Notes: generated by a model not told the origin, from the sequence alone. Shown: positions 28,697-38,615, counted from the first letter of the stretch. The stretch: DNA of 64,000 nucleotides from a virus (IMGVR_UViG_3300022660_000065:1-64000); one strand, 5' to 3'. A program made the numbers and translations.

Positions 28697-30109
28697 ATGA
28701 GTACAACTAATAAAAATAACAAAAAGACAGTTTCAGAGGCTCTCCTTGAAATGGATAAGGTGTCCAAAGCCCTCAAGGAAGAAAGCAAGGCTACTCTGTC
28801 TTCACTTCTCTCAGAGGCAATCAAAGAATATCTTAATGAAGAGATTGGTGCTGATGATGAGGAAGAGAAGGATGATGAATATTCAATCGAAGATGACGCT
28901 GCTGAGAATGAGAATGATGCTGACGAAACCACAGTAGATGATGAGGGTGCTGAAGAGGAAATACCTGCTGAGGAACCTGAGGCTAATGCTGAGGACCTGA
29001 ATGAACCTGAGGAAGGTGATGGTGAAGAATGGTCAGGACTTGACGACTTCAAAGTAGATGATGAAACATACGATTTGACTACCGGCGAGAAAGGCGATGA
29101 AACACTCGTAAAGGTTTATAAACTCCTTAAGGATACAGACCAAGTAGTTGTCAAACAAGAGGGTGACAGCGTATCATTGAAGGATAATGAAACTGGTGCT
29201 GAGTATGTCATAAAGACCGGATGCGAAGAAGAGGCTCCTGTCGCTGAAGAAAACGAATTTGAGTTTGAATTTGATGACGAGGAAGAGACTCCTGAAGCAG
29301 AAGGCGAATTTAATAACGACGAAGAAGACGAAAAAGTAATGGAAGGAAAAGAAATGGTATACGAGATTGACCTCGGATACACAGACAACTACCAAGATAA
29401 GGACCCAATTCAAGGACTTAGCAACAACGAGCCTTCTAAGTCGGGAAAATCTTGGCACAAAGGCGTTCCAACAGGAACTGAAAAACCTTGGGCTTCTAAA
29501 GGTGATGATGCACCGTTTGAGGAAAAAGCCGCATGTAATGAAGAGGAATTGCTCACCGACATCGCTGCAGATGATATTGCAAGCGGAGAGGAGATGCCTG
29601 TAGAGGAAGGAACTAATGTAACCCTCCCTAACAGAAGAAAAAAAAGCAAGAGCCATTCAATGCAGCAGAAGGATTATCCAAAGGTTGCACATCATGATTC
29701 ACAGAACGGAGACTATAAGGCTCTTGAGGAAATGGTGAAGAAACTTCAGAAGGAAAACAAGGAAATGAAGGCTATGATTCCTCAGATTAAGAAAGCGATG
29801 AATGAAAGTGTTCTTGTTAACTACAAACTTGGACGAATCGTTAAACTTATTTCTGAGAACGCAACAACAAGAAAAGAAAAGATTGATATCATCAATCGTT
29901 TCAATGAAAATGCTAAATCAATCAGCGAAACAAAGAGCCTCTACGAATCAATCAAGAGAGAACTTAACGCTTCAGCAAATTCAAAGAAACCTGTTCTTGA
30001 AAACAACGGAATCAAGGCTGAAAAACCACAGGTCGTTGAAACAACAGTATATCAGTCGAACGACCTTAAGGAAATGCTTGACTTCATGAAGAGAATGGAG
30101 AAATGCTAA
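28697..30109 (+). CDS. prohead core/scaffold protein (gp22-like position)
   Basis: Acidic middle, C-terminal coiled coil; between protease and capsid genes. Confidence 0.7.
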   Translation: MSTTNKNNKKTVSEALLEMDKVSKALKEESKATLSSLLSEAIKEYLNEEIGADDEEEKDDEYSIEDDAAENENDADETTVDDEGAEEEIPAEEPEANAEDLNEPEEGDGEEWSGLDDFKVDDETYDLTTGEKGDETLVKVYKLLKDTDQVVVKQEGDSVSLKDNETGAEYVIKTGCEEEAPVAEENEFEFEFDDEEETPEAEGEFNNDEEDEKVMEGKEMVYEIDLGYTDNYQDKDPIQGLSNNEPSKSGKSWHKGVPTGTEKPWASKGDDAPFEEKAACNEEELLTDIAADDIASGEEMPVEEGTNVTLPNRRKKSKSHSMQQKDYPKVAHHDSQNGDYKALEEMVKKLQKENKEMKAMIPQIKKAMNESVLVNYKLGRIVKLISENATTRKEKIDIINRFNENAKSISETKSLYESIKRELNASANSKKPVLENNGIKAEKPQVVETTVYQSNDLKEMLDFMKRMEKC

Positions 30110-30156
30110 TCCTTAAAAAACAAATAAATAAGAATAAACAACATTAGAACATAATT

Positions 30157-31977
30157 ATGGCTAACGAATTTTTAAGAAGTGGTCAGTTCGAAAGCATTGA
30201 ACTGAACGAACAGAAGAAAGTTAGAGGAATGATTAACGAGCGTTGGGACAAGCTCGGACTTACTGCAGGTCTCGACGGATATATCAAAGATAATATCGCA
30301 GCCCTCTACGAGAATGAGGTTAAATACCTCCTTAATGAAGCAACTGCTTCTGACAACAGCGGCTCATTCGAGACTGTTGTATTCCCTATCATCCGCCGTG
30401 TATTCAGCAAGCTCCTTGCTAACGACCTCGTGTCAGTACAGGCAATGAACCTTCCTATCGGAAAACTTTTCTTCATCCTCCCTGTAACTTCAGAGCGTCA
30501 GTGGAGCGCAGAGGAAATGGCTGATGGTGTAACAGGTTCACACTACGGACTTATGGGTTATGAAAGAACTGACCGTAAGGATGGTTCACAGCACAACCGC
30601 TTCTATCTTCCTGATGAGGCTGTTAACGGTGTTGACAGAACTAACCCTGAGGTAACTCAGTACATGGAGAAGTCTCTTTATGACCTTTTCTACAACGATT
30701 TCCTTTATGATAACTCTAAGGGTAAAATCACTATCAAGGTTTCTGATAAGGTAACTCCTAAGAAATGGGATAAGGGTGTCCTCGCTGATGCTGCTGAAGA
30801 TTTCTCAGATGTTCCTGTATTCGGTCTTGACGGTACTGTACGTAACGTAATCCTTGAGGTAGGTGGTTTCGCATCTTACAACGCAGGTAAACTTACAGGT
30901 CCTGACGGAAACGAAATGGATACTGAGGCATTCCTCGCATCTCTTAAGGTTATCGCTCCTGCTATCGACGGTGGTGAGAACGCTTCTTCTTTCGCAGAAG
31001 GTGAGTCTCTTCAGTTCCGCGTTGTAACTCAGAAGTATGGTAAGGGCATCGTAGAGTATGGCAACCCTTGCTCTGCAGAAGGTAAGATTCTCCTTGAGGT
31101 TGACCTTTCTAAGCCAGTTATCAAGCAGCAGGCAACTGTTGACGGTTATGTAGGTGTTCCTGCAGCAGCTCTCGCAGGTAAGAAGTTCCAGGTTGCTTGG
31201 GCTCAGTACGATTCACTCGAACTTGAGACTGAGATTGGTGAGGTTTCTTTCAAACTCGATTCAGTAACTGTATCAGTTGAGGAACGCAAACTTCGTGCTA
31301 CTTGGTCTCCTGAACTCGCACAGGACGTTGCAGCATTCCATAACATCGACGCTGAGGCTGAGCTTACCGCTATCCTCTCAGAGCAGATTGCAGCAGAGAT
31401 TGACCGTGAGATTCTCCGTGACCTCCGTAAACTCGCTCCATGGCAGGCTCGTTTCGATGTAAACGGTTGGAGACGTATGGCAGGTTATTCAACTAACTAT
31501 ACTCAGAAAGACTGGAATCAGGAACTTATCACTAAGGTAAATCAGATTTCTGCTCAGATTCAGAAGTCAACTCTCCGTGGTGGTGCTAACTGGCTCGTAG
31601 TTTCTTCAGAGATTAATGCTCTCCTTAACAACCTTGAGTATTTCCACGTAACTGACGCTTCAGCTGAGTCTGATACTTATAACATGGGTATCGAGCGCGT
31701 TGGTTCACTTCAGGGACGTTATCAGGTATATGTTGACCCATATGCTCCATCTTATTCACTTATCATGGGACACAAGGGTAAGTCACTCCTTGACACAGGA
31801 TACATCTATGCACCATACGTGCCAATGCAGTTGACTCCAACAATGTATAATCCTTTCAACTTTGCACCTGTTAAGGGAATCATGACGAGGTACGCAAAGA
31901 AATGTGTTAACAACAAATTTTATGGAGGCATAAAGGTCGATGGCCTTGTAACATGGAACATTAACGAACTTCGCTAA
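30157..31977 (+). CDS. major capsid protein (T4 gp23-like)
   Basis: PIIRRVF...LVSVQAMNLPIG, SWSPE-like ATWSPELAQD, AEIDREI, GYIYAPYVP, GIMTRY; strongly biased codons. Confidence 0.95.
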   Translation: MANEFLRSGQFESIELNEQKKVRGMINERWDKLGLTAGLDGYIKDNIAALYENEVKYLLNEATASDNSGSFETVVFPIIRRVFSKLLANDLVSVQAMNLPIGKLFFILPVTSERQWSAEEMADGVTGSHYGLMGYERTDRKDGSQHNRFYLPDEAVNGVDRTNPEVTQYMEKSLYDLFYNDFLYDNSKGKITIKVSDKVTPKKWDKGVLADAAEDFSDVPVFGLDGTVRNVILEVGGFASYNAGKLTGPDGNEMDTEAFLASLKVIAPAIDGGENASSFAEGESLQFRVVTQKYGKGIVEYGNPCSAEGKILLEVDLSKPVIKQQATVDGYVGVPAAALAGKKFQVAWAQYDSLELETEIGEVSFKLDSVTVSVEERKLRATWSPELAQDVAAFHNIDAEAELTAILSEQIAAEIDREILRDLRKLAPWQARFDVNGWRRMAGYSTNYTQKDWNQELITKVNQISAQIQKSTLRGGANWLVVSSEINALLNNLEYFHVTDASAESDTYNMGIERVGSLQGRYQVYVDPYAPSYSLIMGHKGKSLLDTGYIYAPYVPMQLTPTMYNPFNFAPVKGIMTRYAKKCVNNKFYGGIKVDGLVTWNINELR

Positions 31978-32007
31978 TCTAACTTGCTGAAAAGCAACTA
32001 CTTATAT

Positions 32008-32040
32008 AAAGGCTGTGAAATTAATCACAGCCTTTATTTT
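32008..32040 (+). terminator. intrinsic terminator after capsid gene
   Basis: AAAGGCTGTGA-aattaa-TCACAGCCTTT plus T run. Confidence 0.8.
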
Positions 32041-32174
32041 TGTATATTTTAATCCATTTAATTTTGTTTTTAATTGACGTTTTAGTGAACATTTCGTGTT
32101 ATTTACCGATTTTTTGTTGTTTTAGTGAATAATTATTTGTATATTTACAAAAATAATAAATAAAAAATGTTTTT

Positions 32175-34079
32175 ATGAGAGAATTTACCAATGAAGAAAT
32201 AACTTCAATAATTGAAGATTATTCTAACAAAATTAGCACTGTTAAAATTTCTAAAAAGTTTAGAACATCACCACAAAAAATAAAAAACATATTAATGGAT
32301 AACGGAATTGACATTCATGACCCATCTAAAACCGTAGGATTCACCCGTAAACCAAATAACTATTGGGAGAATAGGGATAATATATCCGAGGCTATGAAAA
32401 AATGTAAAACAAGAAGAGAGTTTTCACAAAAATATAGTCGTGCTTATTCTATTGCAAGAGAGAAAGGATGGTATGAAGAAATGGCAAATCTTTATTTTAA
32501 TAAAGAGGATTCATTTAACAATTATACTGCCAAAATTCATATGGTTTATGCTTATGAATTTAAAGAATTAAACCATGTTTATGTGGGGAGAACATTGGAT
32601 TTGAAGAGGAGACACCGTGAACATAGTAAAGATGAGAAAGATGGCGTTTTTAAATTTGCAAAAGATAATGGATGTAATATACCAAATGTTAGAATATTAG
32701 AAAAAGATTTAACAGCAGAAGAAAGTCAAATACAAGAAAATTTTTGGATTGAAGATTATTTAAGGCATAAATGGTTAATAATTAATAAATCATCAACAGG
32801 TATTAATAAAAGTTCATTGGGCGGTTCATTTAGAAAATGGAATTACGAAAAATGTAAGATAGCAGCCTCCAAATGCACAAGTAAAGAAGATTTTAAAAAT
32901 AAATTTGTTGGCGCATATAATATTTCACGAAAATATGGGTGGATTTATGATTTTTTCGATTTTAACTTAAAAAAAGAAAACGGTTGTTTTAATACATTTG
33001 AACAATGTATTAATGAAATCAAAAAATATAAAACTCTTGGGGGAATCAGAAAAAATTATCCATTTTTATATCATAAAATATGTAAAAACAAATGGAATGA
33101 TAAAGTTAGAGATATTTTGGGATATACCCCTAAACAGGTTTCAAAAAAAGTATATAAATTAAAAGATAAAGCAATAAAGGAAGAATATAAATTGTTGGAT
33201 GTAAATACAAAAAATCTAAGTAATAAAGAACTCATTTTTTATTATATGATATATGCCCCATCAGTCAATATTTACCCTAAAATTTTGAATATAAGCAAAT
33301 ATGGGGAAAAAACTATTTTTGTGATAGAAGATAAAAAAATCGCATTCGTTGTTATTGGTGTTAATAACTATAGAAACAAAAAAATAAATATTGAAAATAC
33401 ATACGGATATTCAGTACATGTTATATATGATTGTGAAATAAACCCCATGGATTTCAAATTAGAAAATAAAATTGATTCCATTTTAAACATTAGGCGAGAA
33501 CTTGGATGTATTACTTTAAATGCAAGAGATTGTAAAGTTGGAGAAATTTGTTCTCAATGCGCCAACGAATTTTTAAATACTAATCATATACAAGGTGAAT
33601 GTAGTTCCACAATTTATTTGGGTGCAACATATGATAACATTTTAGTTGGCGTCATGACTTTTAAGAATGGTTCTTTAACTAATAAAGGATGGGAGTTAAA
33701 TAGATTTGCAACAGATTTCCATTTTATAGTGAGAGGCTTGGGTAGTAAGATGTTTAAATATTTCATAAACCACTATAATGTTGATAGTGTAATATCATTT
33801 GCTGATAGAAGGTGGACATCTTCATTAAATAATGTTTACACCAAAATGGGGTTTGAATTCTGTCATATTACACCACCTTCATATAAATATCTATCCGTAG
33901 ATACATCTGACTCCAAATTGTATAATAAATTTGGGTTTAGGAAACAAACGTTACTTAGAAAACATCCCGGCTTTCTAACCCCTGAAATGACAGAAACGGA
34001 AATGGCTAAGAAACTTGGTTACGATAAAATATGGGATTGCGGACTCATAAAGTATATATGGAAAAAACCTGAGGAATAA
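32175..34079 (+). CDS. GIY-YIG-like endonuclease fused to a Hef/Mom-like GNAT-fold C-terminal domain
   Basis: VYAYEF...VYVGRT...RRHREH...E; C-terminal ELNRFA...GSKMFKYF...SFADRRW...YTKMGF...IWDCG; very AT-rich. Confidence 0.7.
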   Translation: MREFTNEEITSIIEDYSNKISTVKISKKFRTSPQKIKNILMDNGIDIHDPSKTVGFTRKPNNYWENRDNISEAMKKCKTRREFSQKYSRAYSIAREKGWYEEMANLYFNKEDSFNNYTAKIHMVYAYEFKELNHVYVGRTLDLKRRHREHSKDEKDGVFKFAKDNGCNIPNVRILEKDLTAEESQIQENFWIEDYLRHKWLIINKSSTGINKSSLGGSFRKWNYEKCKIAASKCTSKEDFKNKFVGAYNISRKYGWIYDFFDFNLKKENGCFNTFEQCINEIKKYKTLGGIRKNYPFLYHKICKNKWNDKVRDILGYTPKQVSKKVYKLKDKAIKEEYKLLDVNTKNLSNKELIFYYMIYAPSVNIYPKILNISKYGEKTIFVIEDKKIAFVVIGVNNYRNKKINIENTYGYSVHVIYDCEINPMDFKLENKIDSILNIRRELGCITLNARDCKVGEICSQCANEFLNTNHIQGECSSTIYLGATYDNILVGVMTFKNGSLTNKGWELNRFATDFHFIVRGLGSKMFKYFINHYNVDSVISFADRRWTSSLNNVYTKMGFEFCHITPPSYKYLSVDTSDSKLYNKFGFRKQTLLRKHPGFLTPEMTETEMAKKLGYDKIWDCGLIKYIWKKPEE

Positions 34080-34091
34080 ACCTCAGGTTTT
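34064..34091. terminator. intrinsic terminator
   Basis: AAAACCTGAGG-aataaa-CCTCAGGTTTT. Confidence 0.75.
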
Positions 34092-34106
34092 CATTTTTTT
34101 TACATT

Positions 34107-34216
34107 ATACACGAAATCGTGAACAGAGTGAGCGTTTTGCTGATATGTTCTGTAAGTCCATCTGCATTGTATCCTATGCTGATGTAAAGGTAGTTAAACA
34201 GAGCATTGCTGCTTAA
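34107..34216 (+). pseudogene. 3' remnant of an IS1595-family transposase
   Basis: Translates TRNREQSERFADMFCKSICIVSYADVKVVKQSIAA*, colinear with TRKADESARFADMFCKSIGIVSYDDVKITSIAVA* encoded at 9121-9227. Confidence 0.9.
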
Positions 34217-34495
34217 TTACCATCGTTTGGAATCAATTTGCTTCATAAAATTTGAAAGGAATTGTCTGTATTTTAGGGACACATCACCAAGATTATCAAG
34301 TTGCTCTTGAGGGATAACATCCAAATAGTCGTTTATTAAATAACGTGTAATTCTATTAATTTCAGTTAATTCATTCTGTACACCAGTATTCCCCCATGGC
34401 ATATACTCTTCACTTTCTTTCAATACTTTCTTTACTGATTCAGAAATAACTTTTTTCAAGTCAGATTCTGTTAATCTTATTGTGTTTTTCTTCAT
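34217..34495 (-). CDS. leader-tagged small protein
   Basis: MKKNTIRLTESDLKKVISESVKKVLKE; stop abuts the transposase remnant stop. Confidence 0.8.
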   Translation of the reverse strand: MKKNTIRLTESDLKKVISESVKKVLKESEEYMPWGNTGVQNELTEINRITRYLINDYLDVIPQEQLDNLGDVSLKYRQFLSNFMKQIDSKRW

Positions 34496-34516
34496 ATTTC
34501 ACTATTTTCATATTTT

Positions 34517-35023
34517 TTATTGATGTCTTTCATTAAAATCTTGTTCGTCAGGAGTAAGATGCCTTTTCTTATAAGTATCCAAATCCCAATATCTATAATT
34601 ATCTAATGCATAATCTAATTTTTTCTCAATATCATCTGCAACTTCATCATGTGACCTACCCCCAAATGTTGAATTAAATTTGTCTTTCTCATGACCTTTC
34701 AAAGAAACCAACTGTTTCTTTTTTCTTTGAACATAAGTTTGCACTTCAGAAAAAAGATTTTTTATTTTTTGCGCAAGAATTGGACCTTGCGTGTTTTCAG
34801 GTTGTTCATCATCTTTATACCAATGTTCATATGCTTCACCTTTCAATGCCTGTTGCATTTTATTACATGCTTCTTCAAAATCGTACATGGCACCATCAAG
34901 CATATCAACTCTGTTATCAGATTTCTTTACGGCATCTTCTGCAGTTCCCCAAGAGATTTCGTTTAAAATCCTTTTTGTTGATTCGACCAATATGTAATTA
35001 AATTCTTTCTCAGCCAGTTTCAT
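34517..35023 (-). CDS. leader-tagged protein
   Basis: MKLAEKEFNYILVESTKRILNE; late motif 35046-35056. Confidence 0.8.
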   Translation of the reverse strand: MKLAEKEFNYILVESTKRILNEISWGTAEDAVKKSDNRVDMLDGAMYDFEEACNKMQQALKGEAYEHWYKDDEQPENTQGPILAQKIKNLFSEVQTYVQRKKKQLVSLKGHEKDKFNSTFGGRSHDEVADDIEKKLDYALDNYRYWDLDTYKKRHLTPDEQDFNERHQ

Positions 35024-35115
35024 AATTAAAACCCAATTATCTCCCTATAAATAGTTTAATGAAACTAAATGTGTTTTTCTTCTATATTGGATATTTATAG
35101 TAAATGGTTTATTGC

Positions 35116-36570
35116 ATGAAAATTACTGAAAATCAACTCTATGAAATGTTCTCAAAGAGTGTTAACAAGATTTTGATGGAAGGGCCTTCACAACAGAATG
35201 GCCCGGATGTCGACGGAACATTTAATCAGGAGTATGTTGATAAGAATATAAAGAAACGTGGGCTTGTTGACCCGAGTCAAAATGGTAAAGCCAAGATTGA
35301 TGGAAAATATGCAGCGGTAAAAGGAGGGAAAACGGCTTTAGGCGCTGCTGGTATGAGGGTTGGCACAGTTCTTGGTGCTGCGGCAATGGGTGCAATTGCG
35401 GGAGTTGGTGGTGCAACACTTGCTCTTGGAAACATTCTTAACATCGCAGGCCTTGGTATTCTTGTGGGTAACTATGTTTCTAACATAAATGCACTGAATA
35501 AGGTTTCAAAACTTGAATTCCCCAAGAACCCACAAAGCGCAATGAAATATGCAAGATATGCTGCTGCCGAGAGGGTTAATGCTCAACAGATTTGTCTTAA
35601 CATTCAGCAGAATCTCAAAAATGCAATGAATGCGTGGAATCTTGTTTATACAGGAGAAACTTATGATTGGCAGACGCTTCTTAATACCATTAACAACCAA
35701 GGAGGACAGACAAAAGCACGTTTTAAGGACCGTGGTCAAACACAACAAATTGATGTTGATTTTGATAAAAATCTCACTGACAAAAATGCGGGACAGAACG
35801 AAAGCATTTATCATGGCGATTTGTTAGAAGCCACAGATTACGATAAAACAATAAAAAGCGTTGCTGAATTCAAGACCGATTTTCAGCAGGATAAAGCGGG
35901 GGGCGAACAGGTTCTTGTTGGACTTGGTGAAGCATATGTTAAATCATATGGAGTGTGGATGCAGTGGACACGTTATATTAACGTTCTTGTTCATAAATTT
36001 CAGAAATATGGAGTTACTTGGGAACGTGTAATTCATTCAAACAATGAGTTTGGTGTTAAAAACACATTGATTACATTTGCCAATGAATTGTTTGGTACTA
36101 AGATACCACTTCAGGGGCTTGATGGTAAGGAGGAATATCAGGGTAAATCTCAAACGAAAGAAATCATACTTCGCCTTGTTGCCAACAATTGGGGAACCGG
36201 TGCGAAATATGGACGTTACAAAGGAACATCATATACATTACTTCAGCAAGAAAAAACAAACAATTTCTTCGCACTTGAACCACTTGACTACACAACAATG
36301 CAGAGTAACGGAAGTTGGGTTGGGGGACGTTTGTATTCAAACCCACTTGGAAACGGTATGGTGGAGGTTATTAGAGTCAACAATGGACAAAATGCCCAAA
36401 ACACTAATTTGGGACAATGCCCTGATTTTGATAATTTAAGCAAGGGACAGGGAATCACCTTCAATTATGCACCAAACATGGTTTCAAATACTACACAGGA
36501 CCCTAATGGTAAAAACGTATATATATTGAAACCTAACGCCGCATTTAGTATGATTGTATTTGATGATTAA
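35116..36570 (+). CDS. leader-tagged protein with Gly/Ala-rich hydrophobic segment
   Basis: MKITENQLYEMFSKSVNKILME; ALGAAGMRVGTVLGAAAMGAIAGVGGATLALGNILNIAGLGILVG; late motif 35090-35099. Confidence 0.75.
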   Translation: MKITENQLYEMFSKSVNKILMEGPSQQNGPDVDGTFNQEYVDKNIKKRGLVDPSQNGKAKIDGKYAAVKGGKTALGAAGMRVGTVLGAAAMGAIAGVGGATLALGNILNIAGLGILVGNYVSNINALNKVSKLEFPKNPQSAMKYARYAAAERVNAQQICLNIQQNLKNAMNAWNLVYTGETYDWQTLLNTINNQGGQTKARFKDRGQTQQIDVDFDKNLTDKNAGQNESIYHGDLLEATDYDKTIKSVAEFKTDFQQDKAGGEQVLVGLGEAYVKSYGVWMQWTRYINVLVHKFQKYGVTWERVIHSNNEFGVKNTLITFANELFGTKIPLQGLDGKEEYQGKSQTKEIILRLVANNWGTGAKYGRYKGTSYTLLQQEKTNNFFALEPLDYTTMQSNGSWVGGRLYSNPLGNGMVEVIRVNNGQNAQNTNLGQCPDFDNLSKGQGITFNYAPNMVSNTTQDPNGKNVYILKPNAAFSMIVFDD

Positions 36571-36586
36571 AAAACAATAATTACGT

Positions 36587-37396
36587 ATGATAGAAAAATG
36601 GTATAGGGGACATGAAGGTTCAAGGCATGCACTTGACAATTTTGGGATAATATGGTTATCAGCCGACCCTGAATATGCTCAGTTATACGCCGATGAATAT
36701 CCTGATGGAATTGTGTCAACAGTGTGGGTTGATATGGATAAACTTAATTATTTCGATAATTATTATGATAATAATTTTGATGTGTATGACCCCGACATGA
36801 GATTGGTTAGGGAATATATGGAAGAGGGTGGAAATTGTTATACCTTTCCCGTGGGAGATGGAATAGATGTTCTTGCATTAGTTTCAACAGAACCGGTAAT
36901 AAAAGTAGAAAGAAAAATAGTTGAAAATATGAAACTTAATTACAATGATATTAGATATATCATGCACGAAGCAACAAAAAGAATTCTTTCAGAACGTTAT
37001 AATCACATGAAAGAGGAAGATTTCAGTATCGATATATTTGAACTTGAAATTGACCCATCATTTGAAGAGGAACTTGATGACTATTCACGAATGGAAGGTG
37101 GTATGAATGAAGTTCATGTAATATGTACATTTAATTGTTTTGAAGGCCAAGAGGGTTCTTATGAACAGGAACCAATATCCCCATATTGCAATCTTGAAGA
37201 TGTACAGCCGGGAAATAATGAAGGCCTTATGCAAAACATGTCTCCTGAATTGTTCGCAGCCGTAATTAACTCAGCTCTTGACTATGTTTGGAAGCATCAG
37301 CAAGAGTTTGAAGAGGATTTCATTACTGAGTGCGAACCGGACCCTATGGATTTCTTCGATGAGGATGAATATCGTTATAAAAAATTAGGATATTAA
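36587..37396 (+). CDS. ART-fold-like domain fused to a leader-tagged acidic domain
   Basis: WYRG...IWLSADPEYAQLYA; in-frame ATG at 36929 begins MKLNYNDIRYIMHEATKRILSE. Confidence 0.6.
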   Translation: MIEKWYRGHEGSRHALDNFGIIWLSADPEYAQLYADEYPDGIVSTVWVDMDKLNYFDNYYDNNFDVYDPDMRLVREYMEEGGNCYTFPVGDGIDVLALVSTEPVIKVERKIVENMKLNYNDIRYIMHEATKRILSERYNHMKEEDFSIDIFELEIDPSFEEELDDYSRMEGGMNEVHVICTFNCFEGQEGSYEQEPISPYCNLEDVQPGNNEGLMQNMSPELFAAVINSALDYVWKHQQEFEEDFITECEPDPMDFFDEDEYRYKKLGY

Positions 37397-37400
37397 TATT

Positions 37401-38531
37401 ATGACAAGGGTAACTGATGATGTAAAATCATTATTTAAGAGAGTTCGAACACTTCTTGGTGCACCAATTAGAATGGTCGAAATAAGTGATGAAGAATTTT
37501 GTAATCTTCTTGATATTTGTATTGAAGATTATGCTTCAAAAGTTCAAAACTTTCTCATTGACACACAGTGGCAGTCTCTTTATGGGAAGAAAATTGATGC
37601 TACTGACTTTGCTCATGCCCTTTCAACAAGAACTTTTGATTATACCAAGGATTATTCATATTGGTTCTCCAAGGAAGTTGGATTACAACAGGAGGGACCT
37701 TGGGAATTGAAAAAAGATTTCTTTGAAATAGAGAAGGGTAAACAAGTTTATGTTGTTCCTTCAGGAAGAACCATCAATAAGGTTATGTGGGTTAATCCAC
37801 CTGTATCGCAAGCAGCGTTGTTTGCTAACTATGGTGGTATTGATATTGGATTTGGTGGTGGTTTTGCACAACTTGGTGGTGGGGCTTATGGCCCTGTTGG
37901 GGGATTTTACACAGCGCCTGCAGCCGATGTTGCTTATCTTGCGACTGATATCCAATATAAGAACCGTCTTTTAAGGGGGGACCTCGTTTATAAAGTGACT
38001 GCAGGCCCTAACGGTACTCACCTTATTCATCTTATGTCAACGCCCGGTTCAAAACTTTCTTTTGGTTTCATGGGTGGTGTAAATGGTGGCATAGGACTTG
38101 TTGGATGTGAGGTTTGGTATACATATTATGATACAGTAACAAAAGAGGAAGAGGACCAATGTCGTCTCGATAATATCAATAATGTTGTATTGACGCCTGA
38201 CCAAGTTCCATTGAATAAAATGGATTGGAATTATCTTAATGATGCAACAAAAACAATTATCAGACAACTTCTTGTTGCAAAAGCGAAAGAAACATTAGGT
38301 ATCATACGAGGTACATTTAGTGGTAAAATCCATCTTCCACAGGCTGAAGCGCAAATGGATTATCAGATGTTGATAAATCAAGGACAAAGAGAGTATGAAC
38401 AAGTAATGCAGACTCTTGAAAAACGCCTTGAAAAACTTACACCCGAATCAATAGCCGAGCGTGAAGCCAATATTGTTAAGAATACATTAGAGAGACAAAA
38501 GGGTACACCTTTGGGAATATATCTGTTTTAA
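37401..38531 (+). CDS. neck/head-completion protein (T4 gp13-like)
   Basis: RTLLGAPIRMVEISDEE...CIEDY; end AKAKETLGIIRGTFSG...LP...DYQ. Confidence 0.75.
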   Translation: MTRVTDDVKSLFKRVRTLLGAPIRMVEISDEEFCNLLDICIEDYASKVQNFLIDTQWQSLYGKKIDATDFAHALSTRTFDYTKDYSYWFSKEVGLQQEGPWELKKDFFEIEKGKQVYVVPSGRTINKVMWVNPPVSQAALFANYGGIDIGFGGGFAQLGGGAYGPVGGFYTAPAADVAYLATDIQYKNRLLRGDLVYKVTAGPNGTHLIHLMSTPGSKLSFGFMGGVNGGIGLVGCEVWYTYYDTVTKEEEDQCRLDNINNVVLTPDQVPLNKMDWNYLNDATKTIIRQLLVAKAKETLGIIRGTFSGKIHLPQAEAQMDYQMLINQGQREYEQVMQTLEKRLEKLTPESIAEREANIVKNTLERQKGTPLGIYLF

Positions 38532-38615
38532 ATGATGGAGGGGGTGAACATATGGCCTCCTCTAAATCTTTATAATCAAAAGATTATACCCTATATTATT
38601 TTAGAAATATTTTGA

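Noticed and set aside
24775-29656. Long antisense ORFs (24775-25179, 25193-25555, 28612-29052, 29174-29656, 40223-40636)
   Set aside because: Shadows of Glu/Asp-rich genes giving Ser/Phe-rich translations; no independent signals.
32069-32130. GTTTTAGTGAA direct repeat resembling the IS TIR
   Set aside because: Only about 10 nt of AT-rich identity and no terminal GTTCCC; not enough to call an IS end.
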